From contig JBFWOG010000005.1 of assembly GCA_050250645.1 (NCBI GenBank), positions 22,942 to 86,941 of the forward strand: a stretch of DNA of 64,000 bases, read 5' to 3'. This DNA comes from Vicinamibacterales bacterium (lineage in GTDB: Bacteria; Acidobacteriota; Vicinamibacteria; Vicinamibacterales; UBA2999). Below are positions 9,370 through 20,734 of the stretch, piece after piece. Positions within the stretch are counted from its first letter, which is position 1. The number at the start of each line of letters is the position of its first letter. The notes under the pieces were generated by a model. That model was given only the letters and a program-made list of their open reading frames with translations. It was not told where the DNA came from and did no database searches. A program made the position numbers and the translations under genes.

Positions 9370-9807
9370 CTATGCCTCCCCGGACCGGCCGTCGACGAGC
9401 GCCTGCACGGTGCCGCGCAGCCGGACGTGGCCGGCGAGCCACTTGACCTCGGCGGTGGTGGCGAAGGCGCTGGCCAGGCATGCGTGGGCCGGGACCAGGT
9501 CCGTCCAGGACGCCACCAGCAGCGTCGGCCGCAGGACGAGGATGTCGTGGCCGCCGAGCGGCACGAGCGCGGTCGCCGACACGTAGCCGAGGACCCGGAG
9601 GTCGGCCTCGGCGGCGGTCTCGAGCACGCGGGTCAGGAGCGCCGCGTCGACGGCCGCGGCAAGCAGCGCGAGGGGACTCCACCCCGGCGCGCCCGCGACC
9701 CGGATGGCCGGCGCCTCGTCGGTGAGCAGAGTGCAGGCCTGCCCCTCGTCCCAGACGAGCTCGGTCAGCGGCCGCTGTTCGGACGTGGGCGCCGGGAGTG
9801 CATGCAT
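9370..9807 (-). CDS. OsmC/Ohr-like protein
   Basis: ORF 9370..10350 trimmed to ATG 9807 (MHALPAPTSEQRPL...). OsmC-like segment GWSPLALLAAAVDAALLTRVLE and a second Cys in AHACLASAF. The stop is 4 nt from the next start. Confidence 0.5.
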   Translation of the reverse strand: MHALPAPTSEQRPLTELVWDEGQACTLLTDEAPAIRVAGAPGWSPLALLAAAVDAALLTRVLETAAEADLRVLGYVSATALVPLGGHDILVLRPTLLVASWTDLVPAHACLASAFATTAEVKWLAGHVRLRGTVQALVDGRSGEA

Positions 9808-9980
9808 GCCGCGTCCCCCTCGGGCGGCAAGGTGCAACGGCCGTACCTCGGGCGCGACGCCGAACTGCCCCGGAAGGCGCGCCGGTCGCGGGGGGCGGGG
9901 CGCCCGGCGCGGGGCGCCGCCGGACTTCCGTCGCCGCCTGGCCCCGGGGCCGCGCCTGGCGCGTCCTGGCGCGCCGGGAC

Positions 9981-12108
<2,128 letters not shown>

Positions 12109-12152
12109 GGCACCCGGGTAGGATAGATCAGCGTCTGACAGAGCGATACCGA

Positions 12153-12575
12153 ATGTCGTCCACCCACCCGGCCGATCCGTCCGGCACCGCGGTCGTCCTG
12201 TTCGACGGCACGTGCGCCTTCTGCGAGGGGGCCGTGCGCTTCATCGCCCGCCGGGATCCGGCCGCCTACTTCCGCTTCGGCGCCTCGCAGTCCCCGCGGG
12301 CCGCCGAACTGCTCGCGGCCCACGCCATCAGCCGGGAGAGCGCGCGCAGCATCATCCTGGTTGAGGGAGGGCAGGTCTACCTGCGGTCCACCGCGTCGCT
12401 CAGGATCGCCCGGCGCCTGCGGTTCCCGTGGAACCTGGCCGGCGTGCTGCTGGCGGTGCCGCGCCCCCTGCGGGACGCCGCCTACCGCGTGGTCGCGGCG
12501 GTCCGCCACCGGCTGGCCGGCCGGTCGAACGCGTGCGAGATCCCGCCGCCCGAGATTCGCGCGCGCCTGATCTGA
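12153..12575 (+). CDS. Thiol-disulfide oxidoreductase DCC family (DUF393)
   Basis: VVLFDGTCAFCEGAVRFIARRD (CxxC) followed by a typical DCC tail. Confidence 0.8.
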   Translation: MSSTHPADPSGTAVVLFDGTCAFCEGAVRFIARRDPAAYFRFGASQSPRAAELLAAHAISRESARSIILVEGGQVYLRSTASLRIARRLRFPWNLAGVLLAVPRPLRDAAYRVVAAVRHRLAGRSNACEIPPPEIRARLI

Positions 12576-12603
12576 GGGACGCGCGGCGCGGCCCGCGGCG
12601 GTG

Positions 12604-12906
12604 TCAGGCCCGCGCGCGCCGGAGCGCGCCCGCCTTCAGCCCCGCCGACGCGAGACGCCGCCGGTCGGGCTTCGGGAGCGGCAGCCCTTCCCGCTGGCCC
12701 ACGCCGAGCCCGGGACGATGGAACTGGCCCCGCGCGTCGCGCACCAGGAAACGGCTCCTGACGAGGACCGAGAGCGCGCGGCGGCAGTCGTGGGCGTCGA
12801 GCCCGAAAAGGCGGGCGGCCTGCGGAATCGTGAGACGCAGGCAGGGCATCTCCTCGAACTCGGCGGTAATCCGATGGACGGGGTCGGGTGGGAAAGCGTA
12901 GGCCAT
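12604..12906 (-). CDS. Small hypothetical protein, possibly winged-helix
   Basis: ORF 12604..13488 trimmed to ATG 12906 (MAYAFPPDPVHRITAEFEEMPCLRLTIPQAARLFGLD...). Divergent from the cytochrome c / PQQ dehydrogenase genes. Confidence 0.45.
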   Translation of the reverse strand: MAYAFPPDPVHRITAEFEEMPCLRLTIPQAARLFGLDAHDCRRALSVLVRSRFLVRDARGQFHRPGLGVGQREGLPLPKPDRRRLASAGLKAGALRRARA

Positions 12907-13095
12907 GGACACACCCTCCGGGACGTGGCGACGGACGTGCCGAGTGACAGGGCGGGGACCTTCGTCGAGGTTACCCCCGCGACGACCCGCGGTCAAGCCA
13001 AGTTGCGCGGTGTCCTGCGGCCTCCTGGCGGGCGTGCTAGAGTCTGGAGAGGGGGCCGGATCCGCGTGGTGCGGTGGCGCCCTTCGCGAGGTCGT

Positions 13096-13533
13096 ATGAA
13101 GGTGATGGTGAAGCTCACGGTGGCCGCGGCCCTCGGGTGCGCGGTGATGTTGGCGTCGACGCTCGGTCTCGACGCGCAGTCCAAGTCGATCTGGGACGGG
13201 GTCTACACGGCCGAGCAGGCCAAGCGCGGCCAGGCCGCCTACGACGACAACTGCTCGACCTGCCACCTGGCGGACATGTCCGGCGGCGGGGACGGCATCG
13301 CGCCGTCGCTGGCCGGCGCGGACTTCCTGAAGGCCTGGGACGGCAAGACCATGGCCGACCTGCTCGAGAAGGCCGAGATGATGCCGCCCGGGATGGAGGC
13401 GTCGGTCACGGGGCCGCAGCGCGCGGACATCCTGGCCTACGTGCTCAGCCACAACAAGGTGCCCGCCGGCCAGGCCGAGCTGGGGCACGAGGCGGCGGCG
13501 CTCAAGTCCATCATGATCAAGGCCGCGAAGTAA
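13096..13533 (+). CDS. c-type cytochrome (monoheme)
   Basis: ORF 12601..13533 trimmed to ATG 13096 (MKVMVKLTVAAALGCAVMLAS, signal peptide). CSTCH heme-binding motif. Confidence 0.85.
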   Translation: MKVMVKLTVAAALGCAVMLASTLGLDAQSKSIWDGVYTAEQAKRGQAAYDDNCSTCHLADMSGGGDGIAPSLAGADFLKAWDGKTMADLLEKAEMMPPGMEASVTGPQRADILAYVLSHNKVPAGQAELGHEAAALKSIMIKAAK

Positions 13534-13549
13534 CGTCCGGATTGCCCGG

Positions 13550-13602
13550 CCGGGAGGGCCGCCGCCGCCGGCGGTCCTCCGGATTTGCCCCGTTTCTGTT
13601 TG
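13550..13602 (+). terminator. Candidate intrinsic terminator
   Basis: Imperfect GC hairpin, ccgggagggccgcc / ggcggtcctccgg, followed by the T-rich atttgccccgtttctgtttg. It sits 17 nt after the cytochrome c stop. Confidence 0.4.
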
Positions 13603-13744
13603 TCCTGCCCTCCGCTTCCCCCCCGAGCACGACCGGCCGCGAAACCGCGGCTGGCACGCTTTCTGCCGTGGCGGCCTGCCCCATCGGATGTATACTGCGC
13701 GGGAAATTGCCTCAGGTTCGCCTGAATCCCGGGAGAGTCAAGAG

Positions 13745-15910
13745 ATGTCGCGAGTTCCAGCTCGATCGTGGACGGCGCTAGTCACCCTCGCCGTCGCTGT
13801 CGTGTGGTTGGTATCCGGAGTCGCCGGTCAAACCCCCGCACAGAACCCTGTCGCCGTCGGCACCGCCAACGGCGAATGGCCCATGTACACCGGTAACCTG
13901 GATGGATCCCGCTATTCGCCGCTGGATCAGATCAACGCCGGCAACTTCAACGAGCTCGAGGTCGCCTGGAGTTTCAAGACCGCCAACATGGGCACGTTCC
14001 CCGAGTACAAGCTCGAGGGCACGCCGCTCATGGTCGGCGGCCGGCTCTACGCCACGGCCGGCAACCGCCGGGCCATCATTGCTCTCGACCCGCGGTCCGG
14101 CGAGCTGCTGTGGATCCAGAACAGCATCCGCGAGGGCCGTCGCGCGGCCGAAGCGCCCCGGCAGCTGTCGGGCCGCGGCCTGTCCTACTGGACGGATGGC
14201 CGGGGTGACGAGCGCATCGTCTACGTGACGCAGGGCTATCACTTGGTCGAGGTCGATGCGAAGACGGGGCAGCTCGTCAAGGGCTTCGGCACCGACGGCA
14301 TGCTCGACCTGAAGGACGGCGTCGTCTACGGCGAGAACACGCCGGTCGACAAGACGAGCGGCGACATCGGCCTGCATTCGACTCCGCTCGTCGTCAACGA
14401 CGTCGTCATCGTCGGCTCGGCGATGAGCGAGGGCATGACCATCGAGACGCACAACAACGCCAAGGGCCTCGTCCGGGCGTTCGACGTGCGGACCGGCCGG
14501 AAGATCTGGCAGTTCAACACGATTCCGCGGCCCGGCGAGTTCGGCAACGACACGTGGCTGAACGACTCGTGGAAGGACAACGGCAACACCGGCGTCTGGA
14601 CCCAGATGACGGTGGACCCCGAGGCGGGCATCGTCTACCTGCCCGTGGAGTCGCCGGCGTCGGACTTCTACGGCGGCCACCGCCCGGGCGACAACCTCTT
14701 CGGCGAGAGCCTGGTGGCGGTCGACCTCAAGACGGGCGTCCGCAAGTGGCACTTCCAGTTCGTGCACCACGCCATCTGGGACCACGACATGTCGTCGGCG
14801 CCGCTGCTGATGGACATCACGGTGGCGGGCAAGCCCATCAAGGCGGTGGCGGTGCCCAGCAAGCAGGGCTGGCTCTACGTCTTCGACCGCATCACGGGCG
14901 AGCCCGTGTGGCCGATCGAGGAGAAGCCGGTGCCGCAGGGCGACGTGCCCGGTGAGTGGTATGCGAAGACGCAGCCGTTCCCGACCAAGCCCGCGCCGTA
15001 CGCCCGCACGTTCATGAGCGTGCCGGACGACCTCATCGACTTCACGCCCGAGATGCGCGCGAAGGCCCTCGAGGTGATGAAGCGCTACAAGTGGGTCAAC
15101 TCGCCCTACGTGCCGTACATCGTGGGCGACGCGAACGGCATCATCGGCTCGCTGAACCTCGGCAACACCAACGGCGGGACCAACTGGCCCGGCGCGGGCT
15201 TCGACCCCGAGACGAACATCGCCTACCTGCCGGCGTCCGAGAACATGCTGACGACGGGCTCGCTCGTCGAGCCGCCGCCCGGCTTCTCCGACATCCGCTA
15301 CGTCGCGGGCACCAAGGGCCGTCCGTTCCGCATCGCGCAGGCGGCCGGCACCGGCACGTCGGCCGACTCCGACCCGAACGAGCGCCGCGAGCGGCCCGCG
15401 CCGCGGGCCGAGGCGCCGGCGCCGCCGAGCGACGGCCCGGGCTACGTGCCGCTCTCCGTGGACGGCCTGCCGATCATCAAGCCGCCGTACGGCATCCTCG
15501 CGGCCATCGACGTGAACAAGGGCGACCTGCTCTGGAAGGTCGCGCACGGTGACACGCCCGACAACATCCGCAACCACCCGGCCCTCAAGGGGATGACCAT
15601 CCCCAAGACCGGCCAGGGCGGCCCGGTCGGCCTGGTGGTCACCAAGTCGATCGTCGTGATGGGCGACCCCCAGGTCACCACGACCGACGACCACCCGCGC
15701 GGCGCCATGCTGCGCGCCTACGACAAGAAGACCGGCGCCCAGGTCGGCGCGGTCTACATGCCCGCGCAGCAGAGCGGCTCGCCGATGACCTACCAGATCG
15801 ACGGCCGCCAGTACATCGTCGTCGCGATCAGCGGCGGCAACTACTCGGGCGAGTACATCGCCTTCCGCCTGCCGGCCGACATGGTGGGCAGCGGCAACGG
15901 CCAGAACTAG
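13745..15910 (+). CDS. PQQ-dependent dehydrogenase (soluble quinoprotein, beta-propeller)
   Basis: ATG 13745 is preceded by GGGAGAG. Signal peptide, then WPMYTGNLDGSRYSPLDQIN...LEVAWSF and repeated W-containing propeller blades over about 720 aa. Confidence 0.85.
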   Translation: MSRVPARSWTALVTLAVAVVWLVSGVAGQTPAQNPVAVGTANGEWPMYTGNLDGSRYSPLDQINAGNFNELEVAWSFKTANMGTFPEYKLEGTPLMVGGRLYATAGNRRAIIALDPRSGELLWIQNSIREGRRAAEAPRQLSGRGLSYWTDGRGDERIVYVTQGYHLVEVDAKTGQLVKGFGTDGMLDLKDGVVYGENTPVDKTSGDIGLHSTPLVVNDVVIVGSAMSEGMTIETHNNAKGLVRAFDVRTGRKIWQFNTIPRPGEFGNDTWLNDSWKDNGNTGVWTQMTVDPEAGIVYLPVESPASDFYGGHRPGDNLFGESLVAVDLKTGVRKWHFQFVHHAIWDHDMSSAPLLMDITVAGKPIKAVAVPSKQGWLYVFDRITGEPVWPIEEKPVPQGDVPGEWYAKTQPFPTKPAPYARTFMSVPDDLIDFTPEMRAKALEVMKRYKWVNSPYVPYIVGDANGIIGSLNLGNTNGGTNWPGAGFDPETNIAYLPASENMLTTGSLVEPPPGFSDIRYVAGTKGRPFRIAQAAGTGTSADSDPNERRERPAPRAEAPAPPSDGPGYVPLSVDGLPIIKPPYGILAAIDVNKGDLLWKVAHGDTPDNIRNHPALKGMTIPKTGQGGPVGLVVTKSIVVMGDPQVTTTDDHPRGAMLRAYDKKTGAQVGAVYMPAQQSGSPMTYQIDGRQYIVVAISGGNYSGEYIAFRLPADMVGSGNGQN

Positions 15911-15983
15911 CCCTTCGGTCGAAGGGACGTTGAGTACCACCAAGGGCCCGCCTGGTGCGGGCCCTTGGTCTATCCGAGGTGTC

Positions 15984-16427
15984 ATGAAGGGAAACGTTGC
16001 AATCGTAGTGGCGACGGCCGCGCTCGTCGCGAGCGTCGCCGGCGCCGTGGGACGCGCGCAGGGCGCCACGCAGTCCACCTGGGACGGCGTCTATACCGAG
16101 GCCCAGGCGTCGCACGGCGCGGAGGTCTACGCCGAGAACTGCGCGAGCTGTCACGCGGGCAACCTCGCGGGTGACGGCTTCGCGCCCGCGCTGACCGGCG
16201 GGCCGTTCCTGAACAACTGGAACGGGCTGACGATCGGCGACCTGTTCGAGCGGATCCGCACCACCATGCCGCCGGACGGCCCCGACAAGGTCAACCGCGA
16301 GGACAAGGCCGCGATCATCGCGTACATCCTCAAGGTCGGCGGGTTCCCGGCGGGCGACAAGGCGCTGGCGGACCGGACCGCCTTCCTCAAGTCGATCACT
16401 TTCGACGCGTACAAGCCGGGGCGCTAG
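15984..16427 (+). CDS. c-type cytochrome (monoheme)
   Basis: ORF 15930..16427 trimmed to ATG 15984 (MKGNVAIVVATAALVASVAGA). CASCH motif. Paralogous in layout to 13096..13533 (STWDGVYTEAQA vs SIWDGVYTAEQA). Confidence 0.85.
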   Translation: MKGNVAIVVATAALVASVAGAVGRAQGATQSTWDGVYTEAQASHGAEVYAENCASCHAGNLAGDGFAPALTGGPFLNNWNGLTIGDLFERIRTTMPPDGPDKVNREDKAAIIAYILKVGGFPAGDKALADRTAFLKSITFDAYKPGR

Positions 16428-16550
16428 CCCCGGGTGTCGTGCGTGGCACGGGCCGGCGGCAGCCGGCCTGGCCACGCGCCGCCCTCCGCGCCGCCGCCAG
16501 GCCCGCGGACCGCGCCGTCCCGCCGCGCCCCTGAGGGATAATCCAGCCAG

Positions 16551-17798
16551 ATGGCCGAGGCCGCGTTCGTGCCCGCGCCGGGGTGGGTGCTGCCGTTCGT
16601 GGCGCTGCTCCTGTGCATCGCCGTCGCCCCGCTCGCCGCCCCCCGCTTCTGGGCGTCCAACTTGAGGAAGCTCGTGGTGTCGGTCGCGCTCGGCGCGCCC
16701 GTCGTGGCCCTGTACGTGGCACGGGACCCCGGGGCGATGGTGGACGCGGGGTGGGACTACGTCTCGTTCATCGTCCTCCTGGGCAGCCTCTTCGTCATCT
16801 CCGGCGGGGTGCTCCTCGACGGCGATCTCGAGGCGACTCCCGCCGTGAACACGGCCTACCTCGCGGCGGGGGCGCTGCTGGCGTCGCTCGTGGGGACGAC
16901 AGGCGCCTCGATGCTGCTCATCCGGGCGCTGCTGCACACGAACGCCGAGCGCCGCCACGTGGCCCATACCGTGGTGTTCTTCATCTTCCTCGTGTCGAAC
17001 GTCGGCGGCTGCCTGACGCCCCTCGGCGACCCGCCGCTGTTCCTCGGCTACCTGGCGGGCGTGCCCTTCTTCTGGACGCTGCGCCTGTTCTGGCCGTGGC
17101 TCTTCGCGACGTCGGCGCTGCTCGCGGTCTATTTCGTGTGGGACACCCGGGTGCACCGGCACGAGTCGCCCTGGAGCCTGAAGGCCGACCGTGAGCGCCG
17201 GCGGCCGCTCCGGCTGATCGGGGCGTCGAATCTCGTCCTCCTCGGCGGCATCATGGTGGTGGCCGCGGCCCTCGACCGCCCCTGGCGGGAGCTGGCGATG
17301 CTCGCCCTCGCGGCCGCGTCGCTCCAGTGGACGCCCCGGCACGTGCGCCACGCGAACCACTTCTCGTTCCATCCGATCCTGGAAGTCACGGCGGTGTTCG
17401 TGGGGATCTTCGCGACGATGGTGCCCGCGCTCGACCTGCTGCGGGCGCACGGGGCGGAGCTGGGCGTCCGGGAGCCGTGGCACTTCTTCTGGGCCACGGG
17501 GGCGCTGTCGTCGCTGCTCGACAACGCGCCGACCTACCTGACGTTCCTCGCCCTCGGGCAGGGCCAGCACCTGGCCCCGGAGGTCGCCGGCGTCCCGCAC
17601 GCGATGCTGACGGCCATCAGCCTCGGGGCCGTGTTCATGGGCGCCATCACGTACATCGGCAACGGGCCGAACTTCATGGTGCGGTCGATCGCCGAGAGCC
17701 GGGGGGTGGCGATGCCGGGCTTCTTCGGCTACCTGGCCTACAGCGCGGCGGTGCTGCTGCCGCTCTTCGTCGCCGTCACGCTGATCTTCCTGGTGTGA
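16551..17798 (+). CDS. Ion transporter of the ArsB/NhaD permease superfamily (sodium:proton antiporter-like)
   Basis: 415 aa and polytopic. Segment MLLIRALLHTNAERRHVAHTVVFFIFLVSNVGGCLTPLGDPPLFLGYL. Confidence 0.65.
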   Translation: MAEAAFVPAPGWVLPFVALLLCIAVAPLAAPRFWASNLRKLVVSVALGAPVVALYVARDPGAMVDAGWDYVSFIVLLGSLFVISGGVLLDGDLEATPAVNTAYLAAGALLASLVGTTGASMLLIRALLHTNAERRHVAHTVVFFIFLVSNVGGCLTPLGDPPLFLGYLAGVPFFWTLRLFWPWLFATSALLAVYFVWDTRVHRHESPWSLKADRERRRPLRLIGASNLVLLGGIMVVAAALDRPWRELAMLALAAASLQWTPRHVRHANHFSFHPILEVTAVFVGIFATMVPALDLLRAHGAELGVREPWHFFWATGALSSLLDNAPTYLTFLALGQGQHLAPEVAGVPHAMLTAISLGAVFMGAITYIGNGPNFMVRSIAESRGVAMPGFFGYLAYSAAVLLPLFVAVTLIFLV

Positions 17799-17816
17799 CG
17801 CCGCCGGCCTGGCGGG

Positions 17817-18239
17817 TCAGTCGTCGCCGGCCGGCCCGCGCCCCCGGCGGGCCTTGACCTCGGCGCGGCGCTTCTTCGACACGAGGCGGCGCTCCCGGGC
17901 AGCCCGGCCGGGCCGGGTGGGCCGCCGTGTCTTCGGGCGCCTGGCGGCCTCGCCGACGAGCGCGGCGAGCCTCGCGCGCGCGGCCTCCCGGTTCTCGCCC
18001 TGCGTCCGGTACTCGCGGCTGTCGATGATGACCACGCCCTCGGCGGTCGCCCGGCTGCCGGCGAGCGCGAGCAGGCGGGCCTTGACGTCCGGGGGCAGCG
18101 ACGAGGCACCGACGTCGAACCGCAGCTCCACGGCGGTGGCCACCTTGTTGACGTTCTGGCCGCCGGGACCCGAGCCGCGCACGAATCGCTCTTCGAGCTC
18201 GCGCTCCTCGATCCGGATGGTGGGGGTGATCTCGAGCAT
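17817..18239 (-). CDS. arfB: Alternative ribosome-rescue factor ArfB (peptidyl-tRNA hydrolase, GGQ)
   Basis: RGSGPGGQNVNKVATAVELRFD plus a basic C-terminal tail. 140 aa. Confidence 0.9.
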   Translation of the reverse strand: MLEITPTIRIEERELEERFVRGSGPGGQNVNKVATAVELRFDVGASSLPPDVKARLLALAGSRATAEGVVIIDSREYRTQGENREAARARLAALVGEAARRPKTRRPTRPGRAARERRLVSKKRRAEVKARRGRGPAGDD

Positions 18240-18307
18240 GGCCGTGCCCCCAGAATACCTCGCCGGGCGCCCCGCCGGGCACGGAGCCGGCCGCGCGAGG
18301 CCGGGGG

Positions 18308-18667
18308 CTAGCGCACCTGCTCGCAGCGCTCGTAGCGCAGGGTCACGCGGGCGCCGGTCCGCGTCTCGGTGATCGTCGAGACCGTGACCTTGCCGAGCAG
18401 GTACGAGTAGGACTGCTCACGGTGCCCGATCTGGGTCTCGTCGAAGGTGTCGCCCCGCTTGACGTGCGCCAGCAGCTCCCGGGTGCCCTCACGATCGAAC
18501 TCGGCGGTCAGCGCCTTGAACGAGCACACCTTGTTGTAGGTCCGGTTGCTGCCGACGGCGTCGACCTGGGTCAGGGGCGGGATCTTGATGAAGATGTCAC
18601 CGGCGGCGGCGAGGCCGGCCGCACCGGCGGCGAGCGAGATGATGGTGGCGAGCACGACTCGAGACAT
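18308..18667 (-). CDS. Hypothetical secreted protein
   Basis: ORF 18308..20743 trimmed to ATG 18667 (MSRVVLATIISLAAGAAGLAAAG, signal-like). Unbiased composition. Directly downstream of the lactate permease gene. Confidence 0.5.
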   Translation of the reverse strand: MSRVVLATIISLAAGAAGLAAAGDIFIKIPPLTQVDAVGSNRTYNKVCSFKALTAEFDREGTRELLAHVKRGDTFDETQIGHREQSYSYLLGKVTVSTITETRTGARVTLRYERCEQVR

Positions 18668-18696
18668 GGCGACCTCCGTCGACCGTGACGCGTCCG

Positions 18697-20493
18697 CTAC
18701 TCGGCGGTGGCGATGACCGGGGCGGCGCCGCGCCGGAGCTGGCTGGCGACGATGTAGACGGCGGCCAGGGCGATGAGCAGCACCATGGCGGACCCGACGT
18801 TCACGAGGCCGGTCGTGGGATACCACACGATGGCGTAGCCGAGCGAGCCGGCCAGGAGCGTGTAGTAGGCGAACGGGAAGAGGGTCTTGCGGATGACGAC
18901 GCCCTCGCGCCCGGTCAGGCCGACCACCGCGGCGGCGGCGACGACGTTGTGGACGCAGATGATGTTGCCGGCGGCCCCGCCCACCGCCTGGATGGCCACG
19001 ATCCACGTCGGGTCCACCTGGATGCGCTCGGCCACGCCGAACTGGAAGAGTGAGAACATCATGTTGCTGACCGTGTTGCTGCCAGCCACGAAGGCGCCGA
19101 GGCCGCCGATGAGGGGCGAGAAGAAGGGCCAGGCCGACCCGGCGACGGCCGCGATGCTCTCGGCCAGCACGATGGGCATCCGCTCGTAGCCGGCGGCCCC
19201 GCCGCCCGAGTTGATGAAGACCTGGACCATCGGCACGGTGAAGACGAGCGCGGCCGACGCGCTGACGATCACCCGCGACGAGATGCCCACGGCGTGCCGG
19301 AACGCCGCGGCTTCCATCCGGTGGAGCACGAACGTGATGGCCGCGACGAGGATGAAGATCGTCCCCGGCAGGTACAGGGGCTGCACGCTGGCGGAGATCC
19401 CCGTCCCGAAGATGTCGGTGATGGCCAGCGTCTGGGCCTGCAGCCAGGCGCTGATCGGCAGCGAGCGCAGGCGGGTGATCACCAGGAAGGCGCCCACCAG
19501 GATGTAGGGCGACCACGCGAGCGCGAGGCTCATCGGGCCGTCCCGGTGCCCGATGTCGCGCACCTGGATCGAGCCCGTCCACTCCGGCTCCCACTTCTCG
19601 CGGGGCTCGAAGTCCCAGTGGTCGTCGCCCCGCGGCATCAGGAAGCCGCGCTTGGCGGCGGGCACGACGATGGCCAGGCCGACGAGGCCGCCGAACATCG
19701 ACGGGAACTCCGGCCCGAGGAGGTTGGCCATCAGCACGTACGGGATGGTCATCGAGAAGGCCGCGAAGAGCGCGAACTTCCAGACGCGGAGCCCGTCGAC
19801 GAACGACCGGCTCGGCCCGAAGAAGCGCGTCATCAGCGAGACGACGAAGAGCGGGATCAGCGTGCCCGCGACCGCGTGGATGGTCGCGACCTTCGCGCCG
19901 ATGAGCGCGAGGAACTGGCTCCAGTCGGTGTAGCCGAGCGTCGCGGCGAACTGGCGGACCGAGTCGTCGGCCGACAGCCCCGTGCTCACCCCGACGAGGA
20001 TGGGGGTCCCCACCGCGCCGAACGAGACGGGCGTGCTCTGGATGACCATGCCCGCCACGACCGCCGCCATGCCCGGGAAGCCGAGGCCGACCATCAGGGG
20101 CACCGCGACGGCCGCGGGCGTCCCGAAGCCGGCCGAACCCTCGATGAAGCTGCCGAACAGCCAGGCCACGATGATTACCTGGATGCGGCGATCCGGCGTG
20201 ATGTCCGTGAAGCCCTGCCGGATGGTCCGGAGCGCCCCGCTTTCCTGGAGGACGTTCAGCAGCAGGATGGCGCCGAAGATGATGAAGACGAGGGACGCGG
20301 CCGTCACGAGGCCATTGATGGTGGCGGCCGCCACCTGGGCGGCCGACACCTGCCAGACACCGAGGGCCAGCGCCACCGCGACCGCGTAGGAAATCGGCAT
20401 GGCCTTGGCGGCCGGCCAGCGGAGGATGACGAGGAACACCGCCACCACGGCGATCGGCATCAACGACAGCAGAGCCAGCGTCCCCAGTCCCAC
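18697..20493 (-). CDS. lctP: L-lactate/glycolate permease family (LctP)
   Basis: 598 aa and polytopic. WLFGSFIEGSAGFGTPAAVAVPLMVGLGF is typical of LctP. Confidence 0.85.
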   Translation of the reverse strand: MGLGTLALLSLMPIAVVAVFLVILRWPAAKAMPISYAVAVALALGVWQVSAAQVAAATINGLVTAASLVFIIFGAILLLNVLQESGALRTIRQGFTDITPDRRIQVIIVAWLFGSFIEGSAGFGTPAAVAVPLMVGLGFPGMAAVVAGMVIQSTPVSFGAVGTPILVGVSTGLSADDSVRQFAATLGYTDWSQFLALIGAKVATIHAVAGTLIPLFVVSLMTRFFGPSRSFVDGLRVWKFALFAAFSMTIPYVLMANLLGPEFPSMFGGLVGLAIVVPAAKRGFLMPRGDDHWDFEPREKWEPEWTGSIQVRDIGHRDGPMSLALAWSPYILVGAFLVITRLRSLPISAWLQAQTLAITDIFGTGISASVQPLYLPGTIFILVAAITFVLHRMEAAAFRHAVGISSRVIVSASAALVFTVPMVQVFINSGGGAAGYERMPIVLAESIAAVAGSAWPFFSPLIGGLGAFVAGSNTVSNMMFSLFQFGVAERIQVDPTWIVAIQAVGGAAGNIICVHNVVAAAAVVGLTGREGVVIRKTLFPFAYYTLLAGSLGYAIVWYPTTGLVNVGSAMVLLIALAAVYIVASQLRRGAAPVIATAE

Positions 20494-20734
20494 ATATCCT
20501 CCCGGTTTGCGGTGGTCGAGTGTCGCGAAGGTGCGGCAATCCTAGCGTCCGGCGGCCGACGGCACAAGGCCGAATCCGCCAGGCACCACGCCGCGGCGGT
20601 CGGCGAACACGACAACGGCTGGCGGGAACTCGACCAGGGGCCGGTACTCGACCCGCGCGCCGACGCGTGACGGCGTCGCGGCACCGCGCGTCCTTGGCAC
20701 CGGGCGCGCCTCGATGGCATAGTGGTCGCGCGAT

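Noticed and set aside
13778-17600. Minus-strand ORFs 13778..16078 (766 aa) and 15828..17600 (590 aa)
   Set aside because: These are shadow frames opposite the PQQ dehydrogenase, cytochrome c and transporter genes. They are Arg/Asp/Gly-dominated and carry no recognisable motifs.
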